This document shows positions 51,637 through 60,230 of a stretch of DNA of 61,150 nucleotides, in pieces (within the stretch, counting starts at the first letter, position 1; the number at the start of each line of letters is the position of its first letter). This stretch comes from a virus: the IMG/VR virus record IMGVR_UViG_3300025572_000003. One strand, written 5' to 3'. Under the pieces are notes generated by a model, which worked only from the letters and a program-made list of their open reading frames with translations, searched no databases and was not told the DNA's origin. The position numbers were made by a program, and so were the translations under genes.

Positions 51637-51842
51637 CGCAGATAGAGGGGGGTCTACAATCAGTGGATGCTGCAACCGGAAGTTGATCATTCCGGCCAAG
51701 GTAATGCATATGCGGTGTAGATCACTGTCGAATGCCTTAAGGCCACGTTGCTACTTGCTGCGCATTTGGCAACTGTGGTAGGCGTAGAGTGAAGTGTACT
51801 AGTGGAATCGATTTCTGCAGGATCGGTGACGATACTTAGTAC

Positions 51843-52184
51843 ATGGATCTCTACGCAATCCTCGTTCTTAACCTATTTGGTGTAGAAGCACAAATCATGG
51901 GCAAGAAAGATCTATACACTATCAGGCAGAATAAGCCTGATGACGTCACCTACGAGTGCGTCAAGGTTGATCCAGACTCTACGTCTGTACAGGTTTATCA
52001 CATCTCTGACCTACCTGGTGGTGCAATGATCTGTACTTGCCCTGCAGGTGGTCGTCCAACATGTCGTCACCGTCAGATGCTTCGACTATTCCAGGCTGAG
52101 GAGCGAATCAATTCTGGCTGGATGTACCAATTCGATTCCAAGAAATGGCTTGAACCGCAAACGGATGACCAAAATGGTGAATGA
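51843..52184 (+). CDS. SWIM zinc-finger protein (start may be ATG 51897)
   Basis: CTCPAGGRPTCRHRQML = CxCx(n)CxH SWIM signature. Confidence 0.6.
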   Translation: MDLYAILVLNLFGVEAQIMGKKDLYTIRQNKPDDVTYECVKVDPDSTSVQVYHISDLPGGAMICTCPAGGRPTCRHRQMLRLFQAEERINSGWMYQFDSKKWLEPQTDDQNGE

Positions 52185-52455
52185 ACCTGACAATACACGC
52201 ATGTGCGTAAATTGCGGTCGTAAACGTCCAGCCAGCGAAGGACGTGACACCCCTCATCCAGATTGTACATCACCAGACGCTTGTTCTTGGGATTTGACTC
52301 TTGAAGAAGCTTGGCAATACTGGCGTCAGAAGTACTACGATCTTCATAAGATGGTTGAACGAATTGACGCCATCGTGCATAAGCCATCTCTCATCGACGA
52401 AGAGCGCATCAGCGACATCAGAGCAATCCTCCGTCGCGAGGTCATCCGTCAATAA
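52174..52455 (+). CDS. hypothetical zinc-ribbon-like protein
   Basis: CVNCG...C..PDAC. Start overlaps the SWIM gene end. Confidence 0.4.
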   Translation: MVNEPDNTRMCVNCGRKRPASEGRDTPHPDCTSPDACSWDLTLEEAWQYWRQKYYDLHKMVERIDAIVHKPSLIDEERISDIRAILRREVIRQ

Positions 52456-52500
52456 CAATACGGCTGGGGCAACCAGTGATAAAGCCTCGGAGGAAGTAAC

Positions 52501-52698
52501 ATGGATATTGCGGCATTCATTATGGCCTGGTTTGTTGGTGCATACATCACCTTTCAGGAGCTTACCTACGGAGAAGAAGAATACATTCGGCACCTTACCT
52601 TGTGGGAAAAGGTTGCAATTGCATTGTGGCCGATTACCTGGATTGTCTTGATCTGCATCGGACTGAAAATGTGCATTATGAGGTTCTTCAGCAAATGA
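52501..52698 (+). CDS. small membrane protein (two TM helices)
   Basis: IAAFIMAWFVGAYITF and VAIALWPITWIVLICIGL. Confidence 0.5.
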   Translation: MDIAAFIMAWFVGAYITFQELTYGEEEYIRHLTLWEKVAIALWPITWIVLICIGLKMCIMRFFSK

Positions 52699-53153
52699 TC
52701 CTCTCCGGACAAAGCATTCGCAAGAGATGTCTTCAGGAAGGGTTGCTTTATCCCTTCCACGAACGTGGAGTGGTCGAAGGCATGTCCTTCGGCCTTTCTG
52801 TTGCTGGGTATGATATCCGTGTTGCCGAACCTCATGTTTTGTACCCTGGCGATTTCGTGTTGGCATCCTCTATTGAGCGGTTTGCCATGCCTGACGATCT
52901 AATCGCTTTTGTCCATGACAAAAGTACGTGGGCTCGAAAAGGGCTGGCAACACAGAATACGGTCATTGAACCTGGTTGGTGTGGTTTTTTGACTTTGGAA
53001 TTGACCAACCATTCTACGGACATCATTATCATCAAGGAAGGCATGCCAATCGCCCAGATTGTTTTCCATTTGCTTGATATGCCTGCGGAGAAACCCTATA
53101 ATGGAAAATACCAACACCAAAAAGCCGGCCCACAGGCAGCCAAATACGAGTGA
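52695..53153 (+). CDS. dcd: dCTP deaminase / dUTPase-superfamily protein
   Basis: ILSGQSI...GYDIRV......IEPGWCGFLTLELTN, typical of Dcd. ATGA overlap at 52695. Confidence 0.75.
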   Translation: MILSGQSIRKRCLQEGLLYPFHERGVVEGMSFGLSVAGYDIRVAEPHVLYPGDFVLASSIERFAMPDDLIAFVHDKSTWARKGLATQNTVIEPGWCGFLTLELTNHSTDIIIIKEGMPIAQIVFHLLDMPAEKPYNGKYQHQKAGPQAAKYE

Positions 53154-53382
53154 GGCGTGGCAGAAGCGGAAACACGTCTGGATGCACAACAGCTTGCATG
53201 GCTCTGTTGGAGTTGCCATAAGTCTCCTGAGAAGAGTCTGCAGTGCATCGTCGGCCACTCCAAACCAAAAACAGAGTGCAGGACAGATTATCTCCTTGTT
53301 ACTGCGTTTACAGCAGGATCTATGCAAGGAGCGAGTCAATCTGCAGGGTGAGATTGAACAGATCGGAAAGGGTAAGACGTAA
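53101..53382 (+). CDS. hypothetical protein
   Basis: GGAGA RBS before ATG 53101. Overlaps the dcd 3' end. Confidence 0.35.
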   Translation: MENTNTKKPAHRQPNTSEAWQKRKHVWMHNSLHGSVGVAISLLRRVCSASSATPNQKQSAGQIISLLLRLQQDLCKERVNLQGEIEQIGKGKT

Positions 53383-53383
53383 T

Positions 53384-54814
53384 ATGGCAGTCGGTGCTTT
53401 TCGGCCATTCCAGGAGGAGGATGTCCCATGGTTTTTGGGGCATCCACGCTCTATGAACTTATACGAACCTCGTCTGGGTAAGACGGTGGTATCGGTCAAT
53501 GTAGTAGGGATGGATCCTAGATCCAAAATTGTACTGGTTGCCTGCAGTAAAAATGCTATGGGCGTCTGGTACAGTCATTTCAAAGAATGGTTTGCTGAAA
53601 AGTACGCACATCGTACACTGGATGTACGGATTTTACGTGGAAAAGGACCTACTGCCAAAAAGCAGCGGGAGGAAAAGTGGCTGAAACCACGTACAGCAGA
53701 AGTCACTGTGTATATTTGTACCTTCAACGTCTTGGCAAATGACTTCTCCTTCCTAATGTCGCCAGCTACCAGAAAATCTGGGCTTATCTTTGATACAGTA
53801 ATCGCTGACGAAGTTCACATGCGGATGAAGAACCGCAAAACCAAGACCAACGACATTTTCAAGGTTCTAACCTCTCCTAAACTGGGATGCTACCGTTATC
53901 ATCCTCTTTCAGGTACTTTGGCTGGAAAAGGCGGGCCTGCAGATTTTTGGGCCATCCTCAACCAAATTAGTCCAAATGAATTCAGTTCATACTGGCGTTT
54001 TGTCAACACATTTTGTGACGTGATTGACAATGGATGGGGTAAAGAAATTGTCGGCATCAAAAATGCCAATGCTTTCTGGGCTCTCCTAGATCGGTTCTCG
54101 CGACGTAGGTTCCGTAAGGATTGTGCAACACAAATGCCAAAGATCCAACGAGACCGACTATATGTGGAAATGGATGCGCACCAACAGAAGGCATACCAAG
54201 CACTGGAGGATGACTCAGCATATTTCACTCCGGATGGGCAGTTTATTGTCACCCCAACGTCACTGGAGGCAATGCTCCGGAAGCGGCAACTTCTTGCATG
54301 CCCTGCAATTTTTGATCCTGCACTAGGTGTGGGTGCTGCATTTGAAGACTTCGTCGAAAGAATCTCGGACGAGTCTGCTACAGAAGATGACCGACATACA
54401 GTCGTATTTACGGCATTTAGAAACGCTCTCCCGCATTTCGAGCGGAGGCTCAAAGAAGCCGGATTCCATAATGTATGGCAACTATTCGGAGGTCTTGAAC
54501 CCGAAGATCTTGAAGACCGAATTAGAAAGTTCAAGGCTACAAAGGGTATTATCCTGTGTTCGATTAAATATGCGCAGGCATTCTCGCTAGTTCCAGCACA
54601 GACATGCTACTTTATCGGACCTGAATGGGATCCTAACGACAATAAGCAGGCAGAAGACCGACTAATCCCGCAAGTAGGTGTCAATCCGATCAACTCCTAC
54701 TACTACCACTACCGCAATACAGTCGACGACAACGTCATCATGACTTTGGACGACAAGAACTCACTTGCGACAGCAACCCTTGGATCAGCAAATAACCTAA
54801 AAATAACCTCGTGA
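53384..54814 (+). CDS. SNF2-family helicase
   Basis: Motif II VIADEVHMRMKN (DExH), helicase C-terminal block, preceded by the SWIM gene. Confidence 0.75.
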   Translation: MAVGAFRPFQEEDVPWFLGHPRSMNLYEPRLGKTVVSVNVVGMDPRSKIVLVACSKNAMGVWYSHFKEWFAEKYAHRTLDVRILRGKGPTAKKQREEKWLKPRTAEVTVYICTFNVLANDFSFLMSPATRKSGLIFDTVIADEVHMRMKNRKTKTNDIFKVLTSPKLGCYRYHPLSGTLAGKGGPADFWAILNQISPNEFSSYWRFVNTFCDVIDNGWGKEIVGIKNANAFWALLDRFSRRRFRKDCATQMPKIQRDRLYVEMDAHQQKAYQALEDDSAYFTPDGQFIVTPTSLEAMLRKRQLLACPAIFDPALGVGAAFEDFVERISDESATEDDRHTVVFTAFRNALPHFERRLKEAGFHNVWQLFGGLEPEDLEDRIRKFKATKGIILCSIKYAQAFSLVPAQTCYFIGPEWDPNDNKQAEDRLIPQVGVNPINSYYYHYRNTVDDNVIMTLDDKNSLATATLGSANNLKITS

Positions 54815-54867
54815 TTAGTCCTAGTAGTCTTTGCTATAATAAAAGCATAAGATGAAAGGAATACGAA

Positions 54868-55116
54868 ATGGCTACCAACACCAAGGAGTATTATGTTCTT
54901 GTCGAACGCTATCCAGCGCCTGGCGGTGGTGGGCAATACATTGTTCAGTTCGGATCATATGTGTATGACGAATGTCTCAGCGAACGTGATCTCTTGATCG
55001 AACATGGAGTCAAACTGAAGCACCTCAAGATCCTGACCGTTGAGGGCGATACTCAGGAGGCGATTGACAAGCGTGTCAGGGAGTTCAACCAGGAAATATA
55101 TGGGAGGAGCAACTGA
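54868..55116 (+). CDS. hypothetical protein
   Basis: ORF track. TATAAT at 54845. Confidence 0.5.
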   Translation: MATNTKEYYVLVERYPAPGGGGQYIVQFGSYVYDECLSERDLLIEHGVKLKHLKILTVEGDTQEAIDKRVREFNQEIYGRSN

Positions 55117-55391
55117 TGGCTAAGAAAATTGTTGCTCTCCCGATCAAGCGCCAGATCCAGAAGACCAATCGGATTCGAGTCAAGCTCACTACAGCGAGCG
55201 TAACGATTTACTGCTCGTCAGATGTTGCTGCCGCTGTCCGTGTGTATTGTGAGCGCCTCAACCAGATTCTTGTCCCTAAGAAAGGCAGAAATGGTGATGT
55301 GGTTGAGTTGCTTACCGAATTGGCAAAGAGGAAGCCTGATCACTTCCCTACCTCATCTCGTAAAGTCCTTATCGGAGATGGCCATGCCTGA
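55116..55391 (+). CDS. hypothetical protein
   Basis: ATGA-type coupling with the upstream gene. Confidence 0.5.
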   Translation: MAKKIVALPIKRQIQKTNRIRVKLTTASVTIYCSSDVAAAVRVYCERLNQILVPKKGRNGDVVELLTELAKRKPDHFPTSSRKVLIGDGHA

Positions 55392-55483
55392 TGTGCGTGA
55401 AGTCAAGGCATGGCATAACTACTGCCGCAGAAGGTTTTCTAGACACTATCCGTAACACCAGGTTCCAGTTGGTGGCCAACTTG

Positions 55484-55517
55484 AAGGACGATCTTTTCGG
55501 GTCGTCCTTTCTTTTTG
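55484..55517 (+). terminator. rho-independent terminator
   Basis: AAGGACGA / TCGTCCTT stem followed by TCTTTTT. Confidence 0.7.
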
Positions 55518-55535
55518 TGCTAAAACTGCGAAAGC

Positions 55536-55566
55536 GGGAGGAGAGGGAGAGGGGAAGAGGGGAGAG
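55536..55566 (+). repeat. 31-nt homopurine (GA) tract
   Basis: gggaggagagggagaggggaagaggggagag. Confidence 0.9.
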
Positions 55567-55769
55567 TGAGGCGGGCAATGGGGATAGATTGCCGGATGAA
55601 AATCATGGTAGATTTTTTAGCGCAGGTGCAAATTGGCAGACAAAAGTCAAAATGCCATTCCCGAAAACAGACCTTATAGGACACTTTTTGACCAAAAAGA
55701 CCTATATTGATATGCCTTACATTTTGATATAAGATGATATCTGTAGTTCGATGGGATTAGGTATTCAAA

Positions 55770-56924
55770 ATGGCTGATGCATCCACTGATTCTTGGGATC
55801 CAACACAATATGACTTCGACCCTCGACCATCTGACTTTGCCGTAGAAGAACGTCAAGAACGAATTGCGGTTATTCGCACCTCTGACAGGATCATGTTTAG
55901 GCGCTGCCGTCGCCGATGGGGATGGAACTCGCATCTTCGTGGTAATATCGGCCCCAAACAGAATCCTGCACCTCTCTGGATGGGTACTGGCTTTCACTTT
56001 GCCCTGGAAGACTGTCATGGCATAAACAAGTATGGCCATCCAGCTACTGCATTCGAGGCTTATGTTGAGGCAACAAAGAGAGCTGCTCGACGCGATCCCA
56101 ATCGACTTCCTGCTGATATCGTTGAGCTTACCGAGCTTGCTACCGGTATGCTCCGGTACTATTGGGATGAATGGCTAGTTGCGCGTGACAAACTAGTTAC
56201 ATATGTGCATGACGGCATCCCCCAGACAGAGGTTAACTTCCGAGTCGAAATTCCATGGGAAGCCGGTAAGTACGGGTATGACAAAGTTGTCTACTCGGGA
56301 ACACTAGATCGGGTAGTGATTGATGAGCATGGGCAGCTCTGGATTGTTGAGTACAAGACCGCAAAAACAATCCAGACACTGCACTACAGCAACGACAGTC
56401 AGATCTCTACCTATTGCTGGGCTGCAAACCTTTTGTATGGTCGCCCTGTTGCAGGAGTTATCTACCAACAGCATCGTAAGGCTCTTCCTGCTGAACCTCG
56501 AGTCTTGGCAAATGGGCGCCTCAGCCAAGATAAGCGACAGCTCATCACTCATAGGTCTTTGCGCAGATATATCAAGAACCTTTACGGAGAGGTTACAAAC
56601 GCGCCGCAGGATTATGTTGACTTCCTAAACTGGCTTGCTACTCAGGAAGACATGGATTCTGATAAGTTCATTCGGCGTGACAAGATTCGGCGCAACGATC
56701 ATCAGAGGGAAGCTGAGGGTGTTAAGATCCTGATGGAAATTGAGGAAATGCTCAACCCAGATCTAGCACTCTACCCAAATCCTGATCGTACCTGTCAATA
56801 TATGTGCCCATTCAATGGTGCATGTGTATCACTTGATGACGGCGGGGATTGGGAATACGAACTTAAGATCCTTATGCAACCGCGTGATGAGGAGTATGAT
56901 ACGTGGCGTAAGTATCTTGAGTAA
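55770..56924 (+). CDS. PD-(D/E)XK exonuclease, Cas4/RecB-like with Cys cluster
   Basis: DRVVIDEHGQLWIVEYKT (D..E.K). N-terminal FRRCRRRW Cys and C-terminal CQYMCPFNGAC. Confidence 0.7.
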   Translation: MADASTDSWDPTQYDFDPRPSDFAVEERQERIAVIRTSDRIMFRRCRRRWGWNSHLRGNIGPKQNPAPLWMGTGFHFALEDCHGINKYGHPATAFEAYVEATKRAARRDPNRLPADIVELTELATGMLRYYWDEWLVARDKLVTYVHDGIPQTEVNFRVEIPWEAGKYGYDKVVYSGTLDRVVIDEHGQLWIVEYKTAKTIQTLHYSNDSQISTYCWAANLLYGRPVAGVIYQQHRKALPAEPRVLANGRLSQDKRQLITHRSLRRYIKNLYGEVTNAPQDYVDFLNWLATQEDMDSDKFIRRDKIRRNDHQREAEGVKILMEIEEMLNPDLALYPNPDRTCQYMCPFNGACVSLDDGGDWEYELKILMQPRDEEYDTWRKYLE

Positions 56925-56926
56925 CG

Positions 56927-56944
56927 TGAGTGCAGTCTGGGCTG
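56927..56944 (+). repeat. intergenic box TGAGTGCAGTNTGGGYTG, copy 4
   Basis: tgagtgcagtctgggctg, 2 nt after the exonuclease stop codon. Confidence 0.9.
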
Positions 56945-56972
56945 AAAAACCGGGCTGAAACCAGAGGAAATA

Positions 56973-57009
56973 CTCTCTTTCCTTCCCTTCCCTCCTTCCC
57001 TTCCTTTTT
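56973..57009 (+). repeat. 37-nt homopyrimidine (CT) tract
   Basis: ctctctttccttcccttccctccttcccttccttttt, immediately before the RBS of CDS 57021. Confidence 0.9.
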
Positions 57010-57020
57010 GGAGATGAGTT

Positions 57021-57992
57021 ATGGCAGAAGTCTCTGCAAAGATGCCTACCCCTACTACTGCTACTACCCCCAATGCCGCTAATCAGGCGCCGAATCCGAA
57101 TTCTGCAGATCCGTCAAAGACGTCCAATGCGCGGAAGGTAACTGCTCCCTTCCAGATTCAGATCCAGCATGAAAGACAGCGTTGGCTGAAGCTCCTGATC
57201 TACGCCAAGCACGGCATTGGCAAAACTGAGCTGGCATCTACCGCAGTGGATGTCCCTGAGATGCGTGACGTGTTGGTAATCGACGCCGAAAAGGGTGACA
57301 CGACTGTCGAGGCGTCTCCGCGCATCAAAAACGCCCATCTGCTCCACAATATTCCTGTCTCCAATTTCAAGACTGTGGCATACATTCAGGAATTCTTGGC
57401 AGCATATTGCAAGGCACGAGATGCAAATGACGTCAAGAAGATGAAGGAACTGTTTTGCCGTGTTACCGGGCTTGATCCCGACACGCTGCCTGATGAACAA
57501 GTTCCTCGCTACAAGACTGTGATCATTGACTCCCTCACAGAGGTTGAGGTTTACTGCACCTATGGGATCCTCAGTATTGATCCTAACAAGGTTATGCTGG
57601 AAGGTGACATAGATGTTGCGGGTTGGCCAGAGTTTCGCAAAAACAACGAAATGGTCAAGCTGCTTGTCCGTGCATTCCGTGATCTGCCGATGAATGTTAT
57701 TTTTGTCTGCGCCGAATCGTACACCCAGGATGAGCAGAAGAGGTTTCACTATACGCCTGCTCTAACTGGTAAGCTTTCCGCGCAGGTACAAGGTTTTGTC
57801 GACATTGTCGGCTGGCTGACTGTTGGCGCACTGCAGGAGGGGCAGATCGAGGCTCCCCGCCGTCTCTATGTCCAACCAATTTCAGGTGGTCCGAGATTCG
57901 ATGCTAAGAACCGTCGCTCGGTCTACCGTCAGGCATACTTTGACAACCCCACTATGGAAACCATTATGCGTGGTATTGGGTTGTTGAAGTAA
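57021..57992 (+). CDS. RecA-fold ATPase (AAA_24 / Sak4-like recombination protein)
   Basis: Walker A AKHGIGKTE, Walker B VIIDSL. Followed by the DUF669-like gene. Confidence 0.65.
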   Translation: MAEVSAKMPTPTTATTPNAANQAPNPNSADPSKTSNARKVTAPFQIQIQHERQRWLKLLIYAKHGIGKTELASTAVDVPEMRDVLVIDAEKGDTTVEASPRIKNAHLLHNIPVSNFKTVAYIQEFLAAYCKARDANDVKKMKELFCRVTGLDPDTLPDEQVPRYKTVIIDSLTEVEVYCTYGILSIDPNKVMLEGDIDVAGWPEFRKNNEMVKLLVRAFRDLPMNVIFVCAESYTQDEQKRFHYTPALTGKLSAQVQGFVDIVGWLTVGALQEGQIEAPRRLYVQPISGGPRFDAKNRRSVYRQAYFDNPTMETIMRGIGLLK

Positions 57993-58145
57993 CTGAATGT
58001 CACGACGATATAGCCCCCGGCTCCCCAGCTCCCATGTATCGTTGTGCATCAGGAATCCGGCTCTCCTGGTTTTCAGCTCCTTGCGGGTAAGCTGAGAACG
58101 AAACCGGCAATTTAACCCTCTACTCAAACCTAAAAGGTTAGTACA

Positions 58146-58634
58146 ATGGCTGATAACAACGTGATCTCCGACGAGCTGTACGCCCAGACCGTGTTCGAGG
58201 ATGGTGGCTCGCTGGTTGTTGACCTGTCGAATATTCAGGAGATGAAGTTCGAGGTTATCCCGAAGGGTATCTATGATGCCGAGGTGGATAGCGTCGAGTA
58301 CCAGATCTCCAAGAACTCGGGTGCTCCTATGTTCCAGTTTGTCTTCTCCATTGACGGGGGTGACTATGCTGGACGCAAGCTCTACCACTATACCTCGTTC
58401 AGCCCGAAGGCTCTGCCGTCTACCAAGACACAGCTTCTGCGTATCGATCCGGAGATTTTCAACGGTCCGTTCAAGCCTCAGGAAGTTGCTGAGTCCGGCC
58501 AGCTTCTCGGTAAGAAGGTCCGTATCAAGGTCACGCACCAGGAATACAATGGCGAGCCGCAGGCGCGTATTGCGCAGATCCTGGCTCCGGCTGCTGGTGG
58601 TTCGGTTACGGGCGATGGATTCTTCGGCGGCTGA
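58146..58634 (+). CDS. DUF669-like single-stranded DNA-binding protein candidate
   Basis: Size, acidic/Gly C-terminal tail (GDGFFGG), conserved position after the AAA_24 ATPase. Confidence 0.5.
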   Translation: MADNNVISDELYAQTVFEDGGSLVVDLSNIQEMKFEVIPKGIYDAEVDSVEYQISKNSGAPMFQFVFSIDGGDYAGRKLYHYTSFSPKALPSTKTQLLRIDPEIFNGPFKPQEVAESGQLLGKKVRIKVTHQEYNGEPQARIAQILAPAAGGSVTGDGFFGG

Positions 58635-58689
58635 TAATGGCCAGCTGAGAAATCTTCCGCCTCTCAAGGATCTTGTAGGCAGGAATTGG

Positions 58690-58860
58690 GTGACTCTCAG
58701 GCAGCTCTCCGGACTCCTGGGAGTCACATACCAGACGGTACTGCGGTATGTGAAGGAAGAAAAGATTCGTGCCGTCAAGATCGGAGGTAGCTGGCGCATT
58801 TATGAGGAAGAGCTGCGCAGGTTCCTCGAAGAAGGCAATCTGTACATACCCAACCAGTAG
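58690..58860 (+). CDS. excisionase-family (MerR-like) HTH protein, 56 aa
   Basis: VTYQTVLRYVKEEKIRAVKIGGSWRI. GTG 58690 with AGGA upstream. Start uncertain. Confidence 0.5.
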   Translation: MTLRQLSGLLGVTYQTVLRYVKEEKIRAVKIGGSWRIYEEELRRFLEEGNLYIPNQ

Positions 58861-58890
58861 TTGGGCGTCTAGCCCAACTACACTTTCTAT
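58858..58890 (+). terminator. stem-loop with weak U-tract before queC
   Basis: TAGTTGGGC-gtcta-GCCCAACTA, then cactttct. Confidence 0.4.
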
Positions 58891-58923
58891 AACATACCTT
58901 CTCGAACCAGAGGCTGAATAGTC

Positions 58924-59652
58924 ATGCAGCGAAAAGCATTTGTTCTCCTGTCAGGTGGTATGGATTCTACCACGTGTCTGTACAAAGCATACAAGGACTT
59001 TGACGGCTCTGTTGAAGCTATCAGCATCAACTACGGCCAGCGTCACAAGCGTGAGCTGACTTTTGCCAAGCAGTCGTGTGATCGTCTCGGTATTAACCAC
59101 ACCATTCTCGATGTCGGCGATCTGCTGTCGGGCAAGGAAGTTCTCCTGTCTGCTGCGTCGATCGGCGAGATGGAGATGGTCCACAAGGACTACTCCGAGA
59201 TCAAGGGTGTTTCTCCTTCCTACGTCCCGTTCCGTAACGGCCTTCTTCTGTCAGCAATCACGGCTTATGCACAGAAGTACGTCAATAGTCAGGTCGGCTA
59301 CGACAACGAGCGTCTGGGCTACGCCAAGGATCTCGTGACCATTTATTATGGTGCGCATGCAGAAGACGCTGCTAATTGGGCGTATCCAGATTGCACGCCG
59401 GAATTCAATGGATCGATGGCAAATGCAATCTACACTGGATCCTACAACACCATTCGGCTGGCAACTCCGCTGCAGTGGCTTGAGAAGTGGCAGATTGTGC
59501 AGCTTGGCGAATCTCTTGGGGTTGATTGGCGCTTGACCTGGAGCTGCTACGACAACGGTGATATCCACTGCGGTAAGTGCCCCACATGCCTTGCACGAAA
59601 AGCTGCATTCAAGCGCGCAGGTGTTGTTGATCCAACCGAATACGCCGAGTGA
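58924..59652 (+). CDS. queC: 7-cyano-7-deazaguanine (preQ0) synthase
   Basis: PP-loop LLSGGMDSTT. C-terminal zinc motif CGKCPTCLARK. Confidence 0.9.
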   Translation: MQRKAFVLLSGGMDSTTCLYKAYKDFDGSVEAISINYGQRHKRELTFAKQSCDRLGINHTILDVGDLLSGKEVLLSAASIGEMEMVHKDYSEIKGVSPSYVPFRNGLLLSAITAYAQKYVNSQVGYDNERLGYAKDLVTIYYGAHAEDAANWAYPDCTPEFNGSMANAIYTGSYNTIRLATPLQWLEKWQIVQLGESLGVDWRLTWSCYDNGDIHCGKCPTCLARKAAFKRAGVVDPTEYAE

Positions 59653-60230
59653 CCAGAATGTCTGATCCTACTCTGATTTATCAGAGCACGAAGACCTACA
59701 CGCACAGTGTAGGTCTTTCTGCTTGTTTCCGCCAGTGGCGTGCCGAATCGCATTGCCGTTTCCTGCATGGATATTCGCTTGAAGTCCACTTTGTCTTCGA
59801 AGCTGTGGAATTAGACGTTCGAAACTGGGTAGTGGACTTTGGCTCACTCAAGAGCCTCAAGGGTTGGCTAGAGGATACCTTCGATCACAAGACACTAGTT
59901 GCAGAGGATGATCCGCTTCTTGAGCACTTCCAGAATATGCACAAGCTGGGAATGCTTGATCTAAGGGTTGTTCCTGCATGCGGTTGTGAAAAATTTGCCG
60001 AAATGATCTACCATTATACAGACACTTGGCTTCGAGATAATGGATATTCACCACGGTGTATTCTGCGAAGTGTGGAAGTCAAGGAACACCAAGGTAACAG
60101 CGCACGTGTAATTTGTGTAGATGCGCTTCCGCAGCGGTTAGCCACTAACATACAGTCAGACGGGCATATGGCAATTGGCGATCTCTTTAGCTATTCGCAG
60201 AACAAGGGAGATACTGATGGTCAACCCTGA
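59649..60230 (+). CDS. queD: 6-carboxy-5,6,7,8-tetrahydropterin synthase
   Basis: PTPS-like CRFLHGYS and DHK..V motifs. Start GTG 59649 or ATG 59658. Confidence 0.8.
   Translation: MTRMSDPTLIYQSTKTYTHSVGLSACFRQWRAESHCRFLHGYSLEVHFVFEAVELDVRNWVVDFGSLKSLKGWLEDTFDHKTLVAEDDPLLEHFQNMHKLGMLDLRVVPACGCEKFAEMIYHYTDTWLRDNGYSPRCILRSVEVKEHQGNSARVICVDALPQRLATNIQSDGHMAIGDLFSYSQNKGDTDGQP

Noticed and set aside
57882-58799. 305-aa minus-strand ORF
   Set aside because: It is antisense to the SSB-like and HTH genes in a uniformly plus-strand block, and the translation is low-complexity.
58858-58923. preQ1-class riboswitch upstream of queC (contains UCUAGC and CUACAC, like the B. subtilis queC leader)
   Set aside because: The hairpin loop is only 5 nt, the 3' tail is not A-rich, and the pseudoknot topology of preQ1-I cannot be drawn. 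It fits better as a terminator-like stem-loop after CDS 58690..58860.
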